DNA of 26,245 nucleotides, filler included, from Sarea resinae (Eukaryota), in assembly GCA_026026165.1 (NCBI GenBank). It is 4 parts of 4 records of this genome, joined end to end, with 100 filler letters (N's around TTAATTAATTAA, not from the genome) between each part and the next. Parts side by side here need not be neighbours in the genome. Positions count along the whole stretch, not along the records: positions 7,735 to 14,620 come from JAPEUD010000141.1; positions 14,721 to 20,443 come from JAPEUD010000142.1; positions 20,544 to 26,245 come from JAPEUD010000143.1; 1 more part is not named here. One strand, given 5' to 3'. The notes beneath the pieces are model-generated. The model ran no database searches. It had not been told where the DNA came from and saw only the letters and a program-made list of their open reading frames with translations. Both the position numbers and the translations under genes were made by a program. This document shows positions 12,101 to 22,312 of this stretch, piece after piece; within the stretch, counting starts at the first letter, position 1; each line of letters begins with the position of its first letter.

Positions 12101-13298
12101 CCTGCATTCAGGTCATCGATCCCGTGACTGCAAAAGAGGCCCTTCGACAGATCGATCTTGACGATAACGAGGCCGCTGTCAGTATCGCCGCCGTCTCATT
12201 TGCAAGCCAGGACGACGAAACCTTCCTGGTAGTCGGTACGGGCAAAGACATGACCGTAAATCCACGCTCCTCGACTGCCGGCTTCATCCATGTCTATCGC
12301 TTCCAAGACGATGGCAAAGACCTCGAATTTATTCATAAGACCAAAGTCGAAGAACCTCCTCTCGCTCTCCTCGCTTTCCAAGGCCGCCTCGTTGCGGGCA
12401 TAGGCGCGGACCTTCGCGTCTATGACCTCGGTATGCGCCAACTCCTGCGGAAAGCCCAAGCACAAGTGGTGCCCAATCTCATTGTCGGCCTTCAAACACA
12501 AGGATCTCGCATCGTCGTCAGCGACGTCCAGGAAAGCGTTACTTATGTCGTCTACAAATTCCAGGAAAACCGGCTCATTCCCTTTGTCGATGACTCGATC
12601 GCCCGATGGACGACATGTACCACAATGGTCGATTACGAGACCGTAGCCGGCGGCGACAAATTCGGCAATCTCTGGCTCCTCCGGTGTCCGCAGAAGGCGT
12701 CCGAGGAAGCGGACGAAGAGGGATCAGGTGCTCATCTCATCCACGAACGTCAGTATCTCCAGGGAGCACCGAATCGCCTCAGTCTCGTGGCGCATTACTT
12801 CCCGCAGGACATCCCGACCAGCGTTCATAAGACGCAGCTCGTCGCCGGCGGTCGGGACATCTTACTGTGGAGTGGACTGCAGGGCACATTGGGGATACTG
12901 GTTCCGTTTGTGGGCCGAGAGGATGTGGATTTCTTCCAGACGCTAGAGCAGCATCTGCGGAGCGAAGAGCCGCCGTTGGCTGGACGGGATCATCTCATCT
13001 ACCGTAGTTACTATGTTCCTGTCAAGGGTGTCATCGATGGTGATTGTAAGTTTTTCTTCTATATGATCGGCGTGCGAATGCGATTCACTGACTGCCTTGA
13101 CCTAGTGTGTGAGCGATACACGCTCCTGCCTAACGATAAGAAGGCCATGATAGCCGGTGAACTAGACCGGTCGGTCCGGGAAATCGAACGGAAGATCTCG
13201 GTGCGTTTGCCTTTCGTTGGCTTCTCTCCGCCCTCGGGATTCTGACATGCTAACATTCTTCGTCTCTCCAGGACATGCGCACGCGGGTTGCTTATTGA
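9191..13298 (+). CDS. RSE1: Pre-mRNA splicing factor Rse1 / SF3B3 (SF3b130); exons 9191-9434, 9579-11652, 11850-13045, 13106-13200, 13272-13298
   Basis: [92 protein letters not shown]-terminus [13 protein letters not shown]; four GT-AG introns, frame-consistent. Confidence 0.97.
11692..11772 (+). ncRNA. Intronic box C/D snoRNA, predicted guide for 18S rRNA 2'-O-methylation at yeast-numbering A541 (snR41/SNORD62-like target)
   Basis: Box C ATGATGA 11692-11698, C'-like GCGATGA ~11730-11736, box D CTGA 11769-11772; TCCAATTGTTCCT just upstream of D is the reverse complement of conserved 18S AGGAACAAUUGGA; flanking TGGCAAAT (11681) can pair with ATTTGC/TTTGCCA (11777-11792). Confidence 0.85.
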
Positions 13299-13625
13299 AA
13301 AGATTCTGTTTTTCGGGGCGTTCATTTTCGTCGTTCGCCGTTGGTCAGGGAGAAAACGATTCGACCAAACGTCTTGGATGGTTTTTGTCTACGTCTGTGT
13401 CCGTATGTGCACTTCGAATTGTAGGGAGCACATGACAACACGTGGTGCAAGTCGATAGTATAGACAGCGTAGGGTGAACGGCAAGGCGGAACGGCAGGCG
13501 ATCAGGGGGGCCAGAAGATTATGTACTATTACCGCCATCGTCATCGTCATCATCATCATCATCATCGTCACTTTTTTCGATCTGCTCTATGATCCGATTA
13601 TGTACGGATCTCTTTTCCTCGAGAA

Positions 13626-14507
13626 TTATTGGGGAGAGAACGAAAAATAAGAAAGACCTTGGACCATACATTTTTCCATATCGATCGTATGCCTAGAAGG
13701 AGAAGAGAAGCGAGTGCGTCAACAGTAGGAATGTAGGAGAGTTAGAACGTTGGGGGAGAGAGAGAGCGGGGGGGGGGGGGGGGGGGGGGGGGGGGACGGG
13801 AAAGGGGAAATTGAAAGAGAAGGAGGGAGAAAGAAGACAAAGATCATACCTCTTGCCCCTAAAAGCCCAGACGCCCCAATTGCCGCAGCTGACGTCCTGG
13901 GGATCGAGATCGTTGAGATCCCACCGCAGGCTCCGGAAGCGGTTCTCGCCGGGCTCGAGCAGCAGGTCAACCTCGCCGCCGACCTTGTCCTGCACCCAGC
14001 GCATGTCGCGCTCCATGTCCCACTGCGTGTAGCCCGTGGCGATGACGGGCACCTTGGTCTCGAGCAGCAGCGGCAGCGTGTCCTCCCACTCGGCCGCGCT
14101 GGCCGGGTGGCCCAGCCCCGGGTGGAACAGCACGAAGCAGTCGAAGTACGGGTCGTACGGGTAGAAGGTGCCCGCCGCGTGCAGCGTGTGGTAGTATTCC
14201 ACAAAGGTCGAGATCTTCAGCTGGTGGCTGATGCGGTCCTCGACGATGGCGCCGAACGGGTTTTCTGGCGTGCGTGCCGGCAGCGGCCATTCGGCGTCGC
14301 GGTTCGTCATGCTTTCCGGCCCGATGAAGTGCAAATGGAAGGTCGAGAGCGGGAAGGTGTAGGATAATTGCGCCCAGACTTCGCGCGGCAGAGACGATTC
14401 CGCTCGTGCGCCCAGGATGAAGATTCGCACTGGCGGTGGGTTTTGTCGGAGGCCTTTGATGTCCATGCCTGCGCCGGATTTCGGCGGGTGCAGGGTGTAG
14501 CGGAGGG
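13626..14507 (-). CDS. MSS51: Mss51, 3' half (exon 2 14507-13850; tentative terminal exon 13692-13626)
   Basis: ALRYTLHPPK...PPVRIFILGARAESSLPREVW...PYDPYFDCFVLFHPGLGHP...LLETKVPVIATGY...PGENRFRSLRWDLNDLDP...NWGVWAFRGKR; terminal exon assignment uncertain. Confidence 0.85.
13768..13795 (+). repeat. Poly-G homopolymer (28 nt) inside the last MSS51 intron
   Basis: Directly visible. Confidence 0.9.
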
Positions 14508-14620
14508 CTATATATCGTGCGGGGGATGGAAGGTCAGTAAAAGCCGAGGTGAGAGTAGGCGTAGAATGGGAGGAAGAGGGAGAAGGCTCATACCAGAAAA
14601 GGACTTGAGGCCTTCGGGGG
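14494..14620. repeat. 127-bp terminal direct repeat, copy 2 (identical to 7735-7861)
   Basis: Base-by-base identity with the contig start; includes MSS51 intron 1. Confidence 0.95.
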
Positions 14621-14720
14621 NNNNNNNNNNNNNNNNNNNNNNNNNNNNNNNNNNNNNNNNNNNNTTAATTAATTAANNNNNNNNNNNNNNNNNNNNNNNN
14701 NNNNNNNNNNNNNNNNNNNN
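14621..14720. other. Artificial contig spacer
   Basis: N44-TTAATTAATTAA-N44. Confidence 0.97.
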
Positions 14721-14820
14721 CAGCATTGGCATTGCTGACTAAGCATATTTTTCCTAGAAGCCCACCATGCTGCCAGTGTGTTCTAAGGCTTGGAGCGGTT
14801 ACAAAATCGGTGGATGAGGC

Positions 14821-16834
14821 ATGACGCCTTCTGGTCCCAATCTCACTGGCTTGCAAAGGATACTGGGACGGATTTATCGTCGGAGCCTCCAGTACTCGCA
14901 ATCGCAGCCGTGGCGTTCTAGAGCAATTGCGTCTCGACGTCAAGTAAGCACGATGGCAACGAAACAGGCCGATTACTCACAATGGAGCAATGAGAATCTA
15001 ATTCAAAGAGTTCAAGAATTAGAGGAGCAGTTGAAGACCCAAACATTGCAGTGAGCAAATTTGATATCCAGAAAACAAAGGCTATAAGCTAATGATATGT
15101 GACAGATTCAAACAGGCTTCGGCAACTTCCAACAGGGCTTCATCGTCACCACTGCCAACACGCTCGAGAAGGTCCCGTTCAGATCGTGTATTCGACCCTT
15201 CAAAATACTCGACTCGCCACATCGCCCTCAAATTCGCATATCTGGGTCAACGGTACAATGGCTTCGAGCATCATGCAAATAATACGACTCCTCTCCCCAC
15301 CATCGAAGAAGAGCTCTGGAAAGCTTTTATGAAATCTCGACTGATCTTTCCTGTTGATGATGGGCAAGCAAAGCCTGGCGAAGTGAACTGGGAGGGCTGT
15401 GATTACTCGAAATGTGGGAGGACGGACAAGGGTGTTAGTGCTTTTGGTCAGGTTATCGGTATTAGGGTGAGGAGTAATAGGCCTCTTGGACGCAAAAAGC
15501 AATCTGGTGTACTCGGTCAGTCGCTAGAAGACGGTGATGCACACGAGACTCTTCCCCGGGTTGATGGAGAGGAGCTTGATCTACCAAGGATGGCGAGCGC
15601 CGAGGATTTGTCTGACGACTCTTCTACTTCATCCTCGTTCGATCCCGTTAACGACGAACTACCCTACGCACAAATCCTCAATCGCATCCTCCCAGAGGAC
15701 ATCCGTATTCTTGCCTGGTGTCCCTCGCCCCCTCCAGACTTCTCAGCCCGCTTCTCCTGCAGAGAACGACGATATCGCTATTTTTTCACTCAGCCCGCCT
15801 TCGCCCCTGTACCAGGCGCCTCCGGTCTCTTCGAAGGCTTCGACGGCGCCAAGCGACGAGATGGCTGGCTGGACATCGATGCCATGCGCGAGGGGGCCCG
15901 ACAGTTTCTCGGTCTTCACGACTTCCGTAACTTCTGCAAAGTGGATGCAAGCAAGCAGATTACGAATTTCGAGCGCCGCATCTTCCACGCCGACATCGAA
16001 GAGATTGACCCGTTCAAAGGCCCCGTAGGCTACATTGGCGGTGTAGCTTTCGCCCCGGCCGCCAGCTCAATTCCAGCCAGACAACAAGGTTTGTCATCGT
16101 CATCATCATCGACTGCGAGCACTACCGTGCCCAAGGTCTACACCTTCACGCTGCACGGCTCAGCCTTCCTTTGGCACCAAGTCCGCCATATGGTCGCGAT
16201 TCTCTTTCTCATTGGCCAAGGTCTCGAATCACCCTCCCTTGTCTCCGAACTCCTAGACGTCAAGGCTAACCCGGCCAAACCCATGTATGAAATGGCGACG
16301 GACGCGCCGCTGGTGCTGTGGGATTGCATCTTCCCGGCTGAGGGCAGCGAGAGTAGGGAAGACGCGCTGGGCTGGGTTTACGTGGGCGATGAGCGAGGGA
16401 TGGAGAACGGGAAAGTCGCGGGCCGCGGCTCGGCCAGGATCTACGCCAAGCACGGCGTCGGCGGCGTCGTGGATGACGTGTGGCGTGTGTGGAGGCGCCG
16501 CAAGATCGATGAGGTGTTGGCGGGCACTCTGCTCGATGTCGTTGCCGATCAAGGCGAGGGACGCACGGTTTGCGATCGTAGTAGTGGTCGTGCTGGCTCC
16601 GAGGACGCGAAAGCCGCCCTATCGAATGCCGAAGCGCCTTTCGCCCTGAAGGCGAAGAGTCCCAGCCAGTCGGTCTTCGATGGTGGGAATGGACCCAATC
16701 TCAAGGGCCTGTATACGCCTGTAATGCGGAAACGCAGAATGGAGACGGTCGAGGTCATCAATGCGAGATACGCGGTTCGCAAGGGCATCGAGGGTAAAGT
16801 TGCCGTCGCGGAGGCAAACGAGGTCAACGAGTAA
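14821..16834 (+). CDS. DEG1: tRNA pseudouridine(38/39) synthase, TruA family; exons 14821-15050, 15106-16834; second in-frame ATG at 14953
   Basis: RHIALKFAYLGQRYNG, YSKCGRTDKGVSAFGQV (catalytic Asp), LNRILPEDIR, FSARFSCRERRYRYFF, GLHDFRNFCK, GSAFLWHQVR; intron 15051-15105 GTGAGC..GCTAAT..CAG. Confidence 0.92.
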
Positions 16835-17102
16835 CAAGCCGCGTCTTACCTGTATATAAGTGTACATAGGTGTTCGGACATCTATCTACCTACTTGGACG
16901 TGTAGACTACAAAATGATGCTGAACGTAAAGTCTCATGTTGTCTACGTCGATGTCGATGTCTATGTGATACAGCTCACTTGTTTCGTGCCATCTGAGGCG
17001 CAGAATTTCTTTCTCTCGGGCCGTCTGCTGCTGAAATAGATGTCTTTGCGTGTGTATTTTATTCGTGAATCTAAGAGGTGGAAAGTGGATTATATCGATC
17101 GG

Positions 17103-18164
17103 CTATGATTTGGGTTCGTAAAGACATGCTCGCGCGCCCCGCCATACCTCCTCCAGTAACTTTCGCTTCGGCAAGAGTTTCTGCTCGCAAATACACACAG
17201 ATCAGCATTGTATCAACACATACCATATCCCTCGCTCCTCCACCCCATCATCTACCAAGCAAGATCTGAAGCAAGCAAAGGACGGGGGCGGGGGGTGCGC
17301 TGGGGTGGGCGAGGGGGGAATGGGGCGAAATTAATCGACAAAAGAACGAAAATGACACGCACCGGAAAGACGACGACGACCTCGGCTTCGCCCTCGACGA
17401 CGACGGCGAGGTAGAAGCGCACTTCGAAGCCGCGGAAGGCCTCGTGGATGAAGATGTCCTGGATCAGCGTCGTCGGGATGAAGCGCGTCGTCGCGGTGCT
17501 GAGGTAGGTGGATGAGGAGCTGGCCGTCTGGATGCCGAGGCCGCGGAGAACGAGGAGTGATTCTTCTGTGTATGTGTGGCGGTGATGTTAGTGGGTTGGA
17601 TGTTTGTTGGTCGGGTTTTTTTTTTCTTTGGCGGGGGGGGAATCGAGTCATGCGTTATGATAGGAAAGTAAAAACAGGCGCTGAATGGTTCGGATAGCAG
17701 TAGAAACGGCGGGCAGCAAGGTTATTTGATAGAAATAGAGTGAATAGCAGGACAGGCAGGGGAGAAGCAAATGCAGCAGACTGGGCGGAAAGGGGAAAGG
17801 GGAAGGGGGAAGGGGAGAACAAACCCGTATACCCTCTCCGCAGAACCGCATACCCGACGCCCAAACACGCAGGCACCACGACTCGCGCATCTAGCCGCGA
17901 AGCCAGCCGCATCGCCCACCCGCCCGCCCGCGTTGCTAACACTGCATCCTCCCACTCGTAGACGTCGTTTTTGCGGATCGTCTGGCGCGCTTTGGCGAGC
18001 GCGAGCAGCAGCACCGATATCCCGAGGACGAGGCGCACGAGGAGCGTGAGGAGGAATAGCAGGCGAGAGGCGAGCGTTTTCAGGGGTCGCGCTGTCGATG
18101 CTGTGTAGAGGACTGTTGTTGGCGATGGCCGGCGTGTGGTTAGGTGTGTTGAGGGGGCGAACAT
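17103..18164 (-). CDS. GPI15: GPI-GlcNAc transferase subunit Gpi15 / PIG-H; exons 18164-17825, 17565-17363, 17180-17103
   Basis: Two hydrophobic segments then EESLLVLRGLGIQT...TRFIPTTLIQDIFIHEAFRGFEVRFYLAVVVEGEAEVVVVFP|KLLPKRKLLEEVWRGARACLY (PIG-H pattern). Confidence 0.88.
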
Positions 18165-18530
18165 GGTTGTGGGTTCAGATGGAAGGGAAAAGAGGAATAG
18201 GGTTGCGGGGTCCTTCTCTTTTTTTCCTTTGTTTGTTTTTCATGAGAGGGGAGGGGGTGATATGCAGTATGTGCTTGTCATTGTCGAATAGATCATTTTG
18301 AGGAGCGTGTGCTGGTCATTTGTAAAAGGACTATGGGATTGTTTCTTCTCGAGTTGAGGTTTGGAATGAAGTTGCGATATTGCCCCTTTGGGACTAGTCG
18401 CTCTCGTAGGGCTAAGCGATGGACTCAAGGATGCTTGCGCTGGTCATAAACATTGATACCTCGTACTTGTTCAACATCTCAACCTCACGTTTACATCTTC
18501 AAGCCATACATCCTCCAGCAAAATAGCAAT

Positions 18531-19411
18531 ATGGCCAGTCCACCCCCTTCATCGCGTCAGCGCTCTCGTTCCCGCTCACCAGACCGCGACCGCGCTCCTT
18601 CTCGCCGCCAAAGAAGCCGCTCGCCCCAATCCTCCCGGCGTGGCACCGGAGGAGGAGGAGGATTCCGATGGAAGGGCGCCAACTCCACCAAGCACCGAGA
18701 CCGGGACCAAGACCGAGACCGAGACGGTGGCCCAACACGCCGGCAGCGCTCACGTTCCCGATCGCCCTACCGACAACGAAGACGATCACGCTCGCCGTTT
18801 CGAAACGAGAGGGACGAGCGCGCGACGAGAAGACCCGAGGAAAGAGACAATCCGGTTAGCAAGGACACGAGGAAGGACGAGCTGGATAAGGAGGCCGATG
18901 CCGCAGTAGAGAAGCCAAAGGAGAAATTGGACAAGAAGAAGAAAGAAAAGAAATTCGTCCCGCCTGCCGAACCGATGATTATTGTGCATGTGAACGACCG
19001 GCTGGGCACTCGAGCTGCGATTCCGTGTTTGGCGTCTGATCCGATCAGTATGTCCCCCCTCTCTCTCAGTAGGAGATCCAAAGAAACCCTTGTTTTTCAA
19101 GCATCTGAGGCAAATCGCTGACGGAGCCCAGAATTATTCAAAGCCCAAGTCGCCGCTCGAATAGGGCGCGAACCGCACGAAATCCTCCTCAAACGCCAAG
19201 GAGAACGCCCGTTCAAGGATCAGCTCACGCTGGCGGATTACAGCGTCAGCAACGGCGTGCAGTTGGACTTGTGAGTTCACCCTACCCTTCCTCCACCATA
19301 ATTTACCAGCTCCTTCCACATCTGCTCCCGTGTTTCGAGTGGACCAAGGAATAAAACAGGCATGCTAACATTCTTGTGATTTCCTTCAGGGAGGTCGATA
19401 CAGGCGATTGA
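18531..19411 (+). CDS. HUB1: Hub1/UBL5-like ubiquitin-fold splicing factor with long N-terminal RS/RD-rich extension; exons 18531-19047, 19132-19270, 19390-19411
   Basis: C-terminal domain MIIVHVNDRLGTRAAIPCLASDPIKLFKAQVAARIG...FKDQLTLADYSVSNGVQLDLE aligns by eye with Hub1 (VNDRLG, CLxxD, KDxxxLxDY). Confidence 0.85.
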
Positions 19412-19690
19412 GGAGACCCCGTCTCTTCTTGATAGGGCATGGTACAACGTCTTTCTTTGCCTGTATCATACGTGGATTTGCCGATCACCTCTCCCTACAC
19501 ATCATGCACGCACGGCTCGAGAGGAAAATGGCACATCACGACTCCCCTAGAAGCCATATAAGAACGAACCAGTACAGAGCACACGGATACCCACAACCCA
19601 CACAGCGAACACGCATCTAGCCAGCCACCTACCCACATACTCATCTCTCTCCATCTCTGAAAGGGCATTCTATCGCTCTTCACCTCCCCC

Positions 19691-19744
19691 CTCATCCTCA
19701 TCCTCATCCTCATCCTCATCCTCATCCTCATCCTCATCCTCATC
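19691..19744 (+). repeat. (CTCATC)9 microsatellite
   Basis: Directly visible. Confidence 0.92.
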
Positions 19745-20443
19745 GTCACCTACCAATCCCCCGGCTCCTTAAATTCCTTGATCCTTTGAATCACCTCACT
19801 TCCCCCACCCCAACCCCCCATAGCACCACCTAAACAATCTTCCTATCGTACCTACGGCTTTACTAGCTTCACCACTAGCACCAACCTGCCTATGCCCCCA
19901 TAACCACCCTCTACTCTCTCTCTCTCTCTCCATCCTCCCTATCTACCCATTACCATTCACTCATTCTTCATCATCATCAAAAACAAAAGCGGCACAAGAA
20001 CTTCCCCTCCCCCCCCCCTTCGACCGTGGATCCACTCACCGCCTGAAAGCAGAAAGCAGAAAGCAGAAAGCTAGAGGAGCGGACGCGGACTACAGTGAGA
20101 AGGATACTTTTGTCGGCTGAACCAAAGAAGGAAAAAAGCGCGCGGGGGCGGGAAGTAGGGGAGGAGGAAATGTAAAAGGGGAGATGAGAGAGGGATCGAG
20201 GGAGGGAGAGAGGGAGTGGTAGTGTAAGTAGTACACGTAGTAGGTGCTGTAGAATGTGAGAGAGAGGGGGCGGACGAGAGAAGAGAAGAAAAAGGGAAAA
20301 GGAATTGGTAGCACATCTATCTGTCTGACGTGGGTATGGACGATTTCTCGAGATTACCACAATACAAGTACAGCTTTGAAGAAGAAGAAACAAACAAAGA
20401 ACAGAGACCGAACAAGCCAAGTCAAGTCAAGCCAGACCAAGCC

Positions 20444-20543
20444 NNNNNNNNNNNNNNNNNNNNNNNNNNNNNNNNNNNNNNNNNNNNTTAATTAATTAAN
20501 NNNNNNNNNNNNNNNNNNNNNNNNNNNNNNNNNNNNNNNNNNN
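20444..20543. other. Artificial contig spacer
   Basis: N44-TTAATTAATTAA-N44. Confidence 0.97.
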
Positions 20544-20773
20544 CCAGAAGTCGTTCAGCGAGTTGGGCTTGTTGGGCAGGATGGTGCCGTCCGGGATCAG
20601 GTTGCCGTCGACGCCGACGCGTTGGCCGGAGTAGGGCAGGTGGAGCGTGTGGTTGAGGATCGTGGGCGTGGTCGGGTTCGCGAAGCCGTCGAGGTTCCAG
20701 TACGTCTGTTTTCCAGCGCGGTCAGTTTTGGGGGGGGTTTTGTTTGGTTTTGATACGGCGGTGGTGATCTTCC

Positions 20774-20810
<37 letters not shown>

Positions 20811-22312
20811 CCCGACCTCTCCTTTTTCGTGTGAAGTCTCTCTCTCCAGCGAAAAAAGACCACTGGAAACTCAAGAAACGCAAAGCACAGAAAGAAAGAA
20901 AGAAAGAAAGCCGACACATACATGACTACTAAGCATAATAGGCGTCAGCTCGCTCAACGACACCGCCACCATCCTGATCCGCCACAGCCCGCCCTCCTCA
21001 ACACTGTACGTGACATAGGCTTGCACGTCGCCCGGGAAGCCCTGGGCGCCGGCCGGATCGAACAGCGCAAAGGTCACGGATGCCGACGAGGCCGATACCA
21101 CCGTGAAGTTGCGGTGGTCCCAGCCATCTGGGCCGCCGTGGAGCGTATCGGGTCCGCCGGCGGCGGCGGCGGCGGGCGAGAGGTTCTCGTTGGACGGGAT
21201 GTGGTACGTTGTTGTGCTTTCACTGCTGGGGTCGGTCGGGTCCGCGGGTAGGCTGAATGTGGAGTTGGCTATGCGGTTGGCGTAGCGGCCTTTTTTGACG
21301 GAGGACGAGGGGAGGCAGGTGTTAGCGAGGCTTCTTTTTTTTTCCCTTTTCAAAGGGGAGGGTGGAAGGGGAGAAAGTGGGTCCGCGGCCGCCGTCTCTG
21401 TCTAGGGCTATGGCTATGATGCTAAAGCTATGACCGACTGCCTATGGCTACAATAAATAAGGGGTGCTGAGACGAGATGAAGATGCGTAGTGGACCAGTC
21501 TTCTATGTTGACTGCATGGATTGGGATAGGGTGGGATGGGATGAGGCTGGGTATAGGAGAATCGGATGACGCGCAGATGGGGACAGGATGGCAGGACTTG
21601 GGAATGGCAATAGTTGAAGATGAGAATTAAAAGAAGACATCGCAATGCCAAACAATGGACCCCTTTTTATAAGAAACAAGAATAATCCTTTCATTTCAGC
21701 TCTCTTGCATCTGCGCCTTTCTTTTCTTCCCCGTTGTTTCTACTCTCTTCTCTTCTTCTTGTTGGTTCTTTTCTTTCTCCTTTGGGTCCCGTGATGTGAT
21801 ATCCGGCCCACGACCGCACGCGCTTTTTACCCCTTCTGTTTCCCTTTTCAAAAACACACATTTCCAAAACGGCAGGGAAGCAAAAGCCCAAAGCATGTAA
21901 AGAACCGACGAAAACGACCGTCCCCATTCTCCCTCCCCTCGCACATAAAAAGAAGAAAAAAATACAACATACCAGGCACCGCGCCCCAGTGGCCATGCTG
22001 CCCATCCTGGGAATAATAGCTCGCGTTCTCAAAACCGACGACGACGTCCCGCTCGATGCCAGTGCTGTCGTTGAGGAAGAGGTTCGATATGCTGGCGCCG
22101 TAGGGCACGAATTGTGCGCGGATCCCCGGCGCCGAGATGGTGTATTTGCCGCTTGCATCTGGGGAGGTGGAAAGGGAGGGGGTGGTGGTGTTGGTGGTAT
22201 TGATGTTGGCGGAGGGGGCTTGTGCTTGTATTGGAGTGGTAAGGAGGAAGAGGAAGGGAAGAATGGGCAGGATGGTGCGAAGGAGAGGGGATGGCAGGGG
22301 AGGGCGTGCCAT
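20544..22312 (-). CDS. Secreted aldose 1-epimerase / galactose mutarotase-like protein, 3'-truncated at contig end; exons 22312-21973, 21289-20922, 20705-<20544
   Basis: Signal-peptide-like LPILPFLFLLTTPIQA; RDVVVGF, WGAVPG|RYANRIAN, TLHGGPDGWD, GFPGDV, TPIMLSSH|TYWNLDG are mutarotase motifs. Confidence 0.88.
20775..20808 (+). repeat. (TC)17 microsatellite within epimerase intron 2
   Basis: Directly visible. Confidence 0.9.

Noticed and set aside
7735..14507. MSS51 as two pseudogene fragments or a trans-spliced gene
   Set aside because: The halves join seamlessly through the terminal overlap; circular permutation explains it more simply
7735..14620. 127-bp direct repeats as LTRs or transposon ends
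   Set aside because: The repeat is MSS51 exon/intron sequence, has no TG..CA ends, sits exactly at contig ends, and no transposase or RT is present
1..19411. A cluster of mRNA-processing genes forming a co-regulated system
   Set aside because: The genes lie on three contigs joined artificially
19495..20420. ORFs such as MRMRMR… and 19977-20420
   Set aside because: Low-complexity, repeat-derived; no domain evidence
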